From Octopus sinensis (lineage: Eukaryota), in the NCBI RefSeq assembly GCF_006345805.1, contig NC_042997.1, positions 51,770,001 to 51,834,000 on the forward strand: a stretch of 64,000 nucleotides of DNA. The letters are read 5' to 3'. Positions within the stretch are counted from its first letter, which is position 1. Each line of letters begins with the position of its first letter. The notes beneath the pieces were generated by a model that ran no database searches, was not told where the DNA came from, and saw only the letters and a program-made list of their open reading frames with translations. Positions 38,124 to 51,300 of this stretch are shown piece after piece. The position numbers and the translations under genes are program-made.

Positions 38124-38804
38124 ATGTGTGTTTGTCCCTCAAGCATTGCTTGACAACCGATGCTGGTGTGTTTACGTCCCCGTCACTTAGTGGTTCGGCA
38201 AAAGAGACCGATAGAATAAGTACTGGGCTTACAAAGAATAAGTCCCGGGGTCGAGTTGCTCGACTAAAGGCGGTGCTCCAGCATGGCCGCAGTCAAATGA
38301 CTGAAACAAGTAAAAGAGTATATATTTTCTTTAAAAAAAATCAATAACATTAAGTCTTTAAAAATAAACTTTTTTGTTTCATAGTTTTGCAAGTTTGTCA
38401 ATTTTGCTGTTTCTTGTTATCTTGAAATCAGTCTGCAAAAAGTACTCTTTTATTTTATGCTAAATATTTAAAACATTTTATATATTTTCAATCCTTTTCA
38501 TTTACATTTGGGATCATATCAGTATTTTTGATGTCTTAGAAATATTATACAAGCTGAATGGTTGAATGAGTGTAGAAAAACATGTTGAACTAGTTTGTTT
38601 TTATTCCTCGGATATCAACTGAGAAGCAGTTTAGTTCTCACACGATATGCTTACTTACTGTTCTTTCTCCATTTAAGTATTTTTTTTACAAAACAAGAAA
38701 ATATATTGTTTGAATGATCATAATTTTCTTTTCAGGCAGTTTTTACTTACTTTAAGGCTGAGCCAATGTTTTTAAATGGAACATACAAACATAAAATACA
38801 GATT

Positions 38805-39240
38805 GGTGCTGATATGACTATGTGGGTGAAATGTTTGCTTCTTATCCAAAATGGTTTTGAATTCAGTCCAACTGCGTGGCACCTTGAACAAGTGCTTTTT
38901 TCTATAGCCCTGGGCTGCCCAAAGCCTTGTGAGTGGATTTGATTGATGAAAACTGAAAGAGGCTTGTTGTGTGTGTTACTGTGTGTGTGTGTGTGTGTTA
39001 CTGTCTCCTGCCTTGACTTCATGCAGTAGTTGTAAATAAGTGCCACCATCATGCAGACAGTGTTTTTCATTTCCAGTCTTCTGAAAAAATGCCTTCTCAT
39101 GGGTGAGTATTATCTTACTTGAAAATGGGTGAGAATTGGTGACAGGAAGAGCATCTGGTCAAAGAAAATCCACCTCAACAAATTTCATTTGACCTATGTG
39201 AACATGGAAAAGTGGATATTAAAATGATGGTGATGATAGA
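38805..39240 (+). mobile_element. SINE A-prime: family A head and core with an RTE-type 3' tail. Also 4450-5305 (interrupted), ~30950-31215 and ~49200-49600 (-)
   Basis: Family A head and core, then ...GACAGGAAGAGCATC...CATGGAAAAGTGGATATTAAAATGATGGTGAT, homologous to the RTE tail. Confidence 0.7.
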
Positions 39241-40351
39241 AGCAAATTCTTACTGTTCTTTCAGTTTTAGAATGATCTGTTCTCTATGTTGTATGATATG
39301 GTTCTCTACATTTTGTGATTAACTTGGATGTAGGTGCCACTTCTTGAGATTAATAGGTTTGTTTTGCTATCATGTGATTTTAGTGTCTTCTACAATTGGC
39401 TTGGGTTTACCAGTGACTTGTGAGTGGAAGTTTGCAGATGGAAACTGAAAACCAGTCATTTTCAATGCTGTGAACTCTTGTCATTTTCACTGTCAGAAAT
39501 TCATTGTGTGTATGTGTGATTGAGAGTGAGTTTGTGCAAGAGAGAGAGATTGAAATTGTGGGATGTTTATGAGTATAATTGATGAGTTGGAGCTTTATGA
39601 AAGTAGAGCAGAATTAAATATATGAGATAAGTTGCTGTTATTAAGATTATAATTTTCTGGGCTATTAACATTATCTTAAAAGCAAATATTTACAATTCCT
39701 TTATGTACACTGATTTGTTCTGCTTTTTTATGTTTAACCCTACAGTCTTTTATGTGGTGGTTTAATAAAGTATGTGATTGAGTATTATCTGGTAATTGAT
39801 ATTTGATTTAGATGTATTTCTCCATTTTCTTATCTTGTATCTATACTGATCTATATATTGGTTGGATCTTTGATTGTCCTCAGCTTACTCTTAGATAAGC
39901 ATGTTGGGCCAGACTGGATTCAAACTACAAAACTAAGTGCCATTAGTTTTTAAAAACAAAAAGTCCCTAGTTTGAATCCAGTTTAAGATGATATACATAG
40001 CTAGGAATATGACATCTGAAGAGAATCAGAGATCAAAACTTCAGGTAAATATATTGCAAATATAAAGCTAAAGATAAGGTTAAATCTATGCAATTGTAAT
40101 CATGATGTGCTTGCAGGAACGGTACAACCTGAAATAAGAAGCATTTCATGACAGTGATCTTAAACAAATTATTAATTAGTCTGAGGATGAACAATGCCCG
40201 TAGGTTCTCTTAAGTTCCCCTAGATTGAAAAAGGGAGAGTGGGGAAGATTTATTCAACTGTCTAGTTTGAGTTCTTGAAGATAAGTTGCAGAGTAGAAAA
40301 CAGGAAATGGGAAATTTTGGAAGAAAGAAGCAGTCTGTTAATGGAGAGCAA

Positions 40352-41430
40352 ACATAACCATTAGAGGTCGTATACACTAACTAGTTGAGAAGAGCAAAAG
40401 GTGAAGTTATACAGAGAGAGAATATTGTTTGTAATGACTTTAAAATTATTGTGGTGTTTGGCAAAATCCCAGTTTACTAATACTAATATATCCTTGATAT
40501 TCTTACAGGCATAGGCATGGCTGTATAGTAAGAAGCTTGCTTCTCACCCACATGGTTCTGGGTTCAGTCCCACTGTGTGGCACCTTGGGCAAGTGTCTTT
40601 TACTATAGCCCCAGGACGACCAAAGTCTTGTGAGTGGATTTGGTAGATGGAAACTGAAAGAAGCCCATTGTATATATATATGTATTTATGTGTGTGTCTT
40701 TGTATCTACATTTGTCCTTCATTACCGCTTGACAACCAGTGTTGGTGTTTAGATCTCCATTAATTAGTGGTTCAGCAAAAGAGACTGATAAAATAAGTAC
40801 TAGGCTTAAAAAAAAGTCCTGGGATCAATTTGTTTGACTAAAATCCTTCAAGGTAATGCTCCAGTATGACTGCAGTCAAATGACTGAAATAAGTAAAAGA
40901 ATAAAAAATTTTTGATCTTTGAACTAATTACAGATACACTAAATTTATGGAGACACCTTTGCAATTTTTTTTTATTTCTAAAGTTGTATACTTAAAAAAG
41001 ACTTAGCTAGTTCTAATTTGGTAGATGAAAATCTAAATATTTTTGTTGTGTAAATTTCTTTTGCAAATGTCAATTTTGAGAGGGGCCAATGTTTATTGAG
41101 TAGTGTGTTTTTAAAAAGAAATTTCTATTATCAATAGCTTTAATCTCTTCTGATTATTTCCTAATACAATACTATGATATTATGGAAAAGAAATCTGTAA
41201 AGTGTATATTTTGAAGTAATTATATTCTTGAATTATGAATCCATAGCTTCTTACTACACAGCCATGCCTATGCCTGTAAGAATATCAAGGATATATTAGT
41301 ATTAGTAAACTGGGATTTTGCCAAACACCACAATAATTTTAAAGTCATTACAAACAATATTCTCTCTCTGTATAACTTCACCTTTTGCTCTACTCAACTA
41401 GTTAGTGTATACTACCTCTAATGGTTATGT
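40352..41430. repeat. 186-bp inverted duplication (40352-40537 and 41245-41430), 707-bp spacer
   Basis: 3 mismatches in 186 bp by manual alignment; unique DNA plus the first ~30 nt of a SINE A. Confidence 0.92.
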
Positions 41431-41499
41431 CTTTGCCTGTTTTTAATCAGTTCAGAAACCTGTTATGATAAGAGCATATAACAAATCTCTCACTCATCA

Positions 41500-43800
41500 A
41501 AAGTTTTATATTATTGGAAACTATTAAAGTTGTGTGAATATTCATCTTCATTATTTAATGCTTGTCCTTTTTCATGCAATGAGTTAAGCAGTATATTTCT
41601 AATCTCTAGTTTATTTTCTTTGTATTCACAATTCCACATTTCTTTATTTTCACTATTACTGAAAGTAAATACATCTAAATCATTCATTACAAACATGTTT
41701 CTCTACAGTGACTTTTTGATTTGTACTAACAGATTTAGAGTTTGTCTCTCATCTGCCCAATGTAGAGCATTAATGAAATGAAATTCAGCCTCTTCAGTGA
41801 GATATTCAGATTACCATTTCTTAGATCATCCTAGGTTTACTTATGCAATTGTTATCACCCATTGTCATTTTGTACTTTTTCCTTGAGTATGTATCAACAA
41901 TTTGCATTATATGTTCCGTCTTAATACTTGACAATTTTCTCTGTTCCCTGGCATTTAGTTTTATTTATCTAAATTGACACTGAAGATATATTGGACTGTA
42001 TTTTATCCTTTTCTTGTCATTGGTGGTAGATCTGATGCAACCACTTGATATGTTTTATTGCTATACTACTTTATAGACCTTATGCATACATCATAACGAT
42101 TGCCTTTTGCATAGTAAATGGAAACGTTTTCACAGCAGTGGAATTGACCTTCTTCAATTCCATTCTTGTCTTAGTTATATACTTCCATTAGAACGAACAT
42201 TTAAATAATGAAGATATTTACACCTTTTTGAACACTTTTCATTTCAAGATTACTCTTACTGCTACTAGCATTCAATGTACCCCATGTGTCCTGCCTCATG
42301 TTTATCTGTAAACAATTTCCCTGCAGTTATTGAGTATTCTTTGCTTGTACAGGATACACAGTACTGACCTCATACGTTGTCCTATTTTGTGCAAAGCTGT
42401 TTTCCAGTTGGTGCTGTGATTTTGTGCTCTTCATTACTCTCTAATATTTTGGTTGCTGACAGTACCTTTTTTTAAAAATCTTTTTAGACATTTTAGAACT
42501 CTACTACATTTCAACATTTGAATTTTTATTTTAGCTCTGACAGATTTTGTAAAGACTATCAACATATAAAAGTTCTCAGCTCCAGACAGTCCAGACCTCT
42601 TGAGTAAATTGCCTCAAAAACTGTTATGAGAACAGTAGAAATTATTCCTAGACTTCATTCTTAACCTGAACGCTTGTAACAAAATGGACTCAGCTAAAGA
42701 TACCTAAAGATCAGGGGCTAGTATTTGGCTGGGGGACAGATTAAGTTCAGCAAGCTTTTATAATGACTCTGCCTTTATTTTTCACTGTTACTGAGAACAA
42801 ATATATCTGCATCATTTGTTACAAACATGTTTCTCTCTAGTGATTTCTTGATTCATATTAAGAGACCATTAGTAAAGATCATTAAGTACTCCTCTTGCAC
42901 ACTATATTCCTCACTCTAATTTATGATTCTATTTGTAGCATTCTCATACAAATTTGTGTGCTCATGAGCAAATCATTTACAACTTGCTTTCTCAGTTTCA
43001 CCAGACTGCTGTGTGGAACCTTTCCTAGGGGCTTCTCTAGGTTCTAAGCCTTTTCCAGCATGCATTTTATCAGGAATATAACATTTTTAGTTTCACATTC
43101 TGGTACAAACCCAAACAAATGGTATCATATCAGCTTATCCTTGAAGTATTTTAACATCATTATATATATATATATATACACACATTTAACTATAAATTCA
43201 GCCCTTTATAACTCATCAGTGTGTAAGCTTTTCCTTTGATTTTGATCTAGTGACATATGTTTTGCTTGCCAGTCGTTAAGAATTACACCTTCCTTCATTG
43301 CTTGATTGAGCAATTAGTGTAGTACTGACCTGCTCTTGATGTTGTTACTATCCCTGAAAAGTTTGTATATTACTCTAAGTCTTAACTTCTTCATAATCAT
43401 ACTAGTATCAATATCTAGTTCCCTATTAACTACACTTGAAATTCTTCCTCCCTCTTTCTCATATATTTCTTATTGAACTACTTTTTTCCTCATTTCAATT
43501 AAAGGAAGATAGGCAGAGTTGACAGCCTTTTCAGGGTGGGAGGAAGTTATTTCCTGGCCTGAATGCTTGCAACAGAATGGATTCTATCAGGAACCTGATG
43601 GTGGCTTTAAACTAGGTACCTGATTAAGTCTACCAACCTTTTGTATTGACAGTTCCATATTTCTTTATTTTTACTATTACTGCAAGTAAAAACATCTAAA
43701 TCATTTGTTACGAACGTTTCTCTCCAGCAATTTCATGATTTGTATTAACAGATTTAGAATTTGTCAACCACCCTCCTGATATAGAGCATTATAAAATTCA
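41500..43800 (-). mobile_element. Three decayed copies of a LINE APE-endonuclease segment (~41500-41800, ~42780-42900, ~43650-43800)
   Basis: Mutually similar direct repeats. FINALHWADER..NMFVMNDLDVFTF resembles the GDFNA.H..W...L.V.N...TF motif. Confidence 0.45.
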
Positions 43801-45011
43801 AAATCTATGCCAGCTTACAGGCTAAGTAAATCTCATGCCAAGCTTCCTGCTTAGAAAATTGCCTTTTAGGAATATCAGCTGTCCCTGACCCATGTCTCCC
43901 CAATTATAACTGGAAATTGTACCTAAGAAAAATATTTTTCAACTTCACTACCCCTTTTCTCTTAACCTTAGTTTTCATTTCAAATTTTAACTGTAGAAAT
44001 ATGTTGGTGAGAACACTTGAAATATAGACATGAAAGGGTGTTTTTTTTATATTTGGTTAGTTAATCAATGTTTTTTTTTTTGTTGAGTAATTTATTTATG
44101 TTAAAGCCAACTTAGCTCTACATAAGTGCAGGCTGTGGTAAGCAACTTGCTTCCCAACCACACCACATGTTTGCAGGTTCAGTCCCACTAGATGACACCT
44201 TGAGCAAGTGACTTTTACTATAGCCTCAGGTTGACCAGAGCATTGTGAGTGGTTTTGGTAGGTGGAAACTGAAAGAAGCCTATATGTATGTTTGTCCCCC
44301 CTCACTGCTTGACAACCGGCGTTGGTGTGTTTATATCCCTGTGACTTAGCAGTTCAGCAAAAGAGACTGATTGAATAACTATCTGGCTTAAAAAATGAGA
44401 CAATTCATTCAGCTAAAAATGCTTCAAGGCATGAAAGAAGAGTAATATTGGGGGATACAAGGTAGTGAAAGGAAGAATAATGAAAGAAGGGACAAGTGAT
44501 GTTTGTCATCAAGACTAAAGGGATCTATGACAATAAAGATTGATAGAGAGCAATCTGAGAGAGAATGCAGATTTAAGGATGGCTGTAGAGATGAGCAATG
44601 GTAAGAGAATGACATATACCATTGAAAGATAAGACTGGTGGCTTGTAGTAAAGAAGTATAATTATAAGGGATGTTAAATATGAACAGTTCCAATGCCATC
44701 TCTTGTTATGCTAACGGGAACTCGCTGAATAAGTTTCAGTGTTTAATGCTTACATTTTTAATTAATTTCTCATCTCTATTCTTTTCTCAGTATTTTTTTA
44801 AAATTAAAAACTGACTTTACTATGAAGCCATGATCAACAGCTAATGCAGATCCATTCAGATAAAACTGATCAGTATCAATTTCTGATGAATTTAATTTGC
44901 TCCAACTAGGAATAGCAATTTGTAATTATTGAGTTTTGCCTTTTCCATGAGCTGCACCCCGCCTCTGTTTTCTTTTCATCTCCCTCTCTCTTTTATCATT
45001 TTATATTCTTT

Positions 45012-45380
45012 CATCATCATCATCATCATTTAGCATCCGTTTTCCATGCTAGCATGGGTTGGACGGTTCAACTGGGGTCTGTGAAGTTAGAAGGCTGCAT
45101 CAGGCTCAGTCTGATCTGGCAGTGTTTCTACGGCTGGATGCCCTTCCTAACGCCAACCACTCCGTGAGTGTAGTGGGTGCTTTTTACGTGCCACCCGCAC
45201 AGGTGCCAGACAGAGCTGGCAAACGGCCACGAATGGATGGTGCTTTTACGTGCCGCCGGCATGGGGGCCAGGCGAGGCTGGCAACAGACACAAATGGATG
45301 GTGCTTTTACATCCCACCGGCACGGAGGCCAGTCAGGGCGGCGCTGGCAACAGCCACGAACGGATGGTGCTTTTTACGTG
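45012..45380 (-). mobile_element. RTE 3' UTR fragment with internal tandem modules
   Basis: (CAT)n tail, shared tail sequence and four GTGCTTTTTAC modules. Confidence 0.85.
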
Positions 45381-46249
45381 CTCTTTGTTTGGTACTCTTT
45401 TTATATTTAAAAAGAAAAAATGGATTTATTATTGCATTTATAGTAATCATATACAGTATTTATGATAAATATGTAAGTCCACAACAGTTAGTTGAAACCT
45501 TTGGATCCCTATTAAAACAGGCAGATCATGATTCACTAACATTATCCAAGCAGCATGCTGTAAAATATGCTCTTGTATACCAAACTGGTAGTAACCTTAA
45601 ACAGTGTTGACCGTGTGCATGCATGCAAAGATATACCATGCTATAATGAAATTAGTATAGCGGTATCATGGATTGGATACAAAGGGTGTAAACTTCTGTA
45701 TTTGTTAGAAATAGATTCCAAATATTTTATTGAAAACAGTAATTAACATTCTTAGTTGAAATATATAGTGTATAAGATATAAATGTGCATTAATCATTAT
45801 TTAGTAACAGTATTAAAAAAAAACCCCACTATTGCAAAGGTTTCTGCACCCTCAAGGCAATTGAATGCTTCTAGACTGTTGAGTAACAAATGATTAGGCA
45901 AGACTGATTCATTTTATTGATAGTAACCATCAAAGTATCTAGCTGTTCACTGTCATCAGTTGGAATCACTGTTATTTCCTTACTCAAATCACTTTTACAA
46001 TTGGCCAGAGTTGTTCAGCATACCAATCAATATTTCCTACTATCATTAATTCAAGAAATATTTTTTCTCTGTGTGAATAATTTATTTAACTTCAGTAGGA
46101 TATTTCATCAACTTGTTTTGATATTGGACTGTTTTATCAATCTCAAAATTTAGATTAATTACAGTATAAAGTGGTTTATTAAACTTTTCTGCAGAAGACA
46201 ATCTGGATTCACCAGAAGCTGTGCAGTATTTGAACAAAATTTTCAAGAA

Positions 46250-47310
46250 AAACTAATGAAAGGATCCAATTTGAGGACCAAAAGCATGAGGAATTTTTCT
46301 ATTATTCATGACTTTTTCAGGAGATTCATTTTAAGATAGTTTATAGTTAAGAGTTTCTTGTTTCTGCATTCCATTCAATTCAGACAATCATGAAGAGCTT
46401 CAAATTTTGGTTCATGATCAGAAACTAGAGTATCTGGAAAACTAAATTGTATAAAAAAAAACAATCAACAAGGTTTTAATGTAATTAGAAATAATTGCCA
46501 TTGTCCAAAATGTGTCAACATCAACATTTATTAGGACGTTTTGTTTGTCTACTATATAATTACTGTATATGTATATACTCTATTATGGTAATGATTCTGC
46601 CCTTGTATCAGTAGAAGGTATCCTTTGAAGTGAATTCTCTGACAAGCCTGACATGAAGTAACAAATCAATGAATGCATCTGGCCATTCAGAGTCACCCTT
46701 TTGTGAATGATGCCTTTTTCAATGTTTGTTGGCCTCCCGTATATATTTATTACGGATATTCTGTAAGGTTTAGAGATGAATAATAACCAAGTACTAATGT
46801 ATATTAAATCATTTTCCATTGCTAAACATCTACATGTACAATAAAAAGATCTTTTTAGAGGGTGCACATGAACCCAGAATCTTTTTGCTCCTTTGGATTC
46901 TGTCATGGAGTTTTTTCATTTGGCTCTGCTTGGTCTCTTTCAATTTCCTTATCCAGAATGTAGAACACAAGTCCATATGTTCATTATCAGTAGTCATAAT
47001 AGTCTTGATAAGGCATTATCATAACAAAATCCAATTGTGACAAAGACATTTAACTATCCTGTGAGAGGTTCGATGATATATGGTCAATCCAAAAGGAATT
47101 TCAAAAGTTCATGATCAGTCTCAAGTTTAACCCTTCTAAGAAGACAATACCTTAGTTTATGAATGCACCATGCAATAGCATATGACTCTCCTTCTATTTT
47201 AAACCACTTCTGTTTACTTCCAGTGCATGTATGACTTACATAAGCAACAGAATATCCTTTTCAAGACATCATTCCAGCCACAGAGTACTGTGAGGCCTTG
47301 ACCATTAGTT
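46250..47310 (-). mobile_element. Decayed Ty3/Gypsy pol remnant (RNase H to integrase)
   Basis: LMVKASQYSVAGMMS*KGYSVAYVSHTCTGSKQKWFKIEGESYAIAWCIHKLRYCLLRRVKLETDHELL (RNase H), DNALSRL near 47001-47021, and FSFPDTLVSDHEPKF (integrase core) near 46400-46450. Confidence 0.75.
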
Positions 47311-47849
47311 ATAGACTCATTTCTTTTCTTTTTTTTTTTCAAGTGGCTGAAATACAGGTTTGGATATTAGTTCAGTATTTAAGAAATTAAGTACCAGTTA
47401 TGCACTGGGGTCGATGTAATCGACTTAATCCGTTTATCTGTCCTTGTTTGTCCGCTCTGTGTTTAGCCCCTTGTGGGTAGTAAAGAAATATATTTAAGAA
47501 AAAGAATGCTTGTAGCCTTGAAATTAAATTCATGAACTGCTAAAATAGCACATTAGATGTAATTGAGAGTTTTGTTACCTGGGTAATCTAATTAGTAATG
47601 TAGATGGTTTTGAAAAACCATTTTAGATAGAGTGAAGAAGTAGTAGTGGTAAAAGATCAGGGTGCTGTTGCTTCTGTTGACAACAACTGGAATTTAATGT
47701 TTTTAAATATAAACAATTCTATAATAATTAAAAGAATTGCAATATAATGATACTGAAATTCAACATGACACTACTACTAGAAGCCACAGAATGCATATAT
47801 TTTTGTATTTTATTCAATATCTTTAAAATATTTTGCATTGTGTTTCAAA

Positions 47850-48330
47850 ATCATCATCATCATTTAACAGCTATTTTCCATGCTGGCATGAGTTGGACAG
47901 TTTCACAGGAGCTGACCAACTGAAGGACAATTCAGGCTCCTGTCTGATTTGGCCTCGTTTCTATGGCTAGATGCCCTTCCTAATGCCAATCATTTTACAG
48001 AGTGTATTGAGTGCTTTTTATGCAGAACTGGCATGGGTGCTTTTTACATGGCACCAGCACCTATGACCCCTGAAGATTAGGGATGCTTAGCTGAAGAGGA
48101 TTGCAAGGGACAAGCCTGTATGCAAAGACAACCATGCTTTTACTTAGCTTGAAGTGTCTTTTCTAGCACAGCAAACTGCCAGGAGTCTCAGTCCCCTGTC
48201 ATCCCCTTTGTGATCCCCAATGTCTGTAGATCGTTTCTCACCACTTCGTCCCATGTCTTCCTGGGTCTACTCCTTTCACATGTTCCCTCTACAATTAGAG
48301 TTCAGTACCTCTTGATGCAACTGCTTTCTC
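47850..48330 (-). mobile_element. Decayed RTE 3' end
   Basis: RPRKTWDEVVRNDL-like segment plus the 3' UTR tail ending in (CAT)n. Confidence 0.7.
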
Positions 48331-51300
48331 CAGGAATTCCTTTCTTGCTTAGGTTTTCTCTTCAGTTGTTGACCGTCAACTGTTTTGTTGTGACCACAAC
48401 AACCTCACCCATACATCTTGATCTCCAAGTCTAAAATGGTTGAAAAATTCTACAAGCACTAATTGTCATTCCTAATTAGACTAACTAATCAATAAATTAG
48501 TACTAGTGGAAACATTTTTTTGCTTTCTTACAAAATGATTGTAAGCTCCTTAGTACTTTTTTGCATATGCAAGATAATTACATTTTTTCCAACTAATATC
48601 ATAGTTAATTTATTAAATGATTACAGTTAGGCATAAAAGCAAATTAACATCACTTTGAAACATCTATTTTGAAGAATTAATTGCTTGTCACCCATTCTAT
48701 CATGTAAGCTTATGTAATATATATTATACTTATAATCTAGCATTAGACACAAACAAGCAACTTATAGCTTGTCAATTTCTAGTTAACATTGAATGAAAGT
48801 CTCTTGGAATGGAATTATAGATGTTATTGTCAATAATGTAGCACAAGGGAACTGAATGAGCCATTCTTCATTGATGTAATGTGGTTCTAAATTTGGTTTG
48901 AAGTAGGATTTCTTTTTTAATATTAAATATTGTAATCTATAAACTAGGTTATATAGAATCATAATTGTCATTGTTCGTGTTCACTTTGTCCAGTCCACAA
49001 TGGCATAAATTGGCCAAGACATCTTAAGGCATTGTTCAATGGCTAAATACCCTTTCTGCCACCAACCTTTATTTTCAAGTAAAATATTTTATTTCATTTA
49101 TCTTCACATGTAAAAACGGATGTATTGTTTAAAGGACACATAAGCATAAAATTACCATGTTTCAAGTGTTAATGTGGAAAATATTCACACACACACACAC
49201 ACACTTGTATGTCTCATTATCATTGTTTTTATGTCCTTATTTTCAAGATTTTCATAGGTCAGGTAGAGTTTGTTGAGGTAAATTTTCTATAGCCAGATGC
49301 CCTTCCTGTTGCCAACACACATTTTCAAGCAAGGTGATATTCTCCTATAGCCAGAAGTGTTTTCATGAAAGACTGGAAATGAACACTCAGAATTATTACA
49401 AAGTTTCAAAACAAGAAGACCCAACTTTCATCCACATGTGCACCCCCCCCCCCACGTTTGTGTATGATGAGATTCTTTCAGTTTTCATTTACCAAATCCA
49501 TTCACAAGGCTCTGATTAAGGTGTCACATGGTGGGATGGAATACAAAACCACATGGTTGGAAAGTTAACTTCTTAACCCCACACTTAGGTCGGCACATAT
49601 GTATGTATGTACCTGTGTGTGTATTTTAAAATTCCATCAAGTATACTAATTATTGTTGTAGACTACAGTCGTTGATATCTTTTGTGTATTGTATTATACT
49701 TTCAATTTTGGCTTACTTTGATCAAAAACTTCAGGAGTGCATCATCACCACCATGTTTGCATGGTACCAAATTGTTTCATGTCTTTAACCATCACTGTAG
49801 TGTTGTGTTTCTTGGCTGATCTCGATGGCCTCACCTACAGTGTAATATCTGCAACATTTGGGTCAGTCAGTTGTCTCTGATCTTTCCAGTAGATGTCATA
49901 GTCATTACTGTTGATTGCTCAAGCATTAACAACTCTTAGCAAATTCTTTGTTTTGTACAGTTTGTAAAGGTTATAAAGTTTGTTTTCTGAAAGGTTTACT
50001 AATTCTGCTCATACTTGTTCCTCAGGGAATTAGACTTTGGACATATTTTAGCTGTACAATTAAATAACTAATGAAATGACTTCTAATTTTTGTTGCTTCA
50101 CTGCTTAAATGTTCTTAGATTGCAATGCAGTAACTTCATTTTGCTCCTATGTATTAAATTGTATAGTTGCTTGAATAGCATACTGTAATGAAAATAGGTC
50201 TGATTACATGCATTTTGAAGATTTGATTACTTTCAAGTTGTTTTAAATTGCACAATTTAGATGACAATAAAATATCTTCAACAAAAGGCACTTTCAGTTA
50301 GTAGCTATTTAAAGTTTTCTTTCATATCTATTTCAAGTTTCTTTTATTTATTCAATATTTATTCCAACCAACCAGTCAACTAACCTCAAGCTTTCCTTTT
50401 ACAATTGTATCACAGCATAAATGTTCTACCTGTTTGTGTCGTATTCATTATGCTTGGTGGGTGTGGTGATTTTTTTCTTTTTTTTAAATACAAGTTTTTT
50501 GCAAAGAATCATCATTTAACATCCGTTGTTCAAGCTGGAATGGGTTGGTCAGTTTTACCAGGGCTGGCAAGCTGGAAGGCTGTACCAGACTCCAGTCTGA
50601 TTTGGCATGGTTTCTATGGTTGGATGCCCTTCCTAATGCCAACCATAAGGATATGCATTTTCATGAAATTGTGAAGTCAAATGCTTAATCCTTACTTCCC
50701 ATTCCAATTAAATATTTTAATGAAATTATCGGTTTTTTTAATGGTTTAACCAGAGATGAAATGACAACTTCCATGAACTTCTTTGGGACTTGTGGGAGAA
50801 AAGAGAAAATTATATTTCATATCTGAGATCTGGCTTGAATGCTTCCAGCAAAATAGATTCTACTAAAGTTACTAAAAGGCCATATGATGATGATGTTTAA
50901 TCAGGCAACAGATGTTTGCTTTATAATCATACTATAACAGTGAGACCACATTAAAAAAAAAATATTTATATAACCTATTTTTGCACTTTACTAAAAGACT
51001 GTGTAATCTTGTTATAAGATTCAGTTTGAAAAGCCTTGAAACAAAAGATATAAGTTTAGCATGTCTATTACACTGATGGAAAACCAGTTTTTAAATTACT
51101 TCTGTGATTTTTTATTGAATTTTTCTTTTTATTTGTTTTGTTTAGTTTAGAGGAATGGGCTATATACAATATCAATTTTCTTCCAATTTATTGAATAAAA
51201 ATATTTATAATGAAAATTCATGTCAGCAATAGTAATATTTTAAGAAGGATCAGGAGAGAAATCTTGCATTTTCCACGTTTTTCTCTTTTAATAAGCTATA

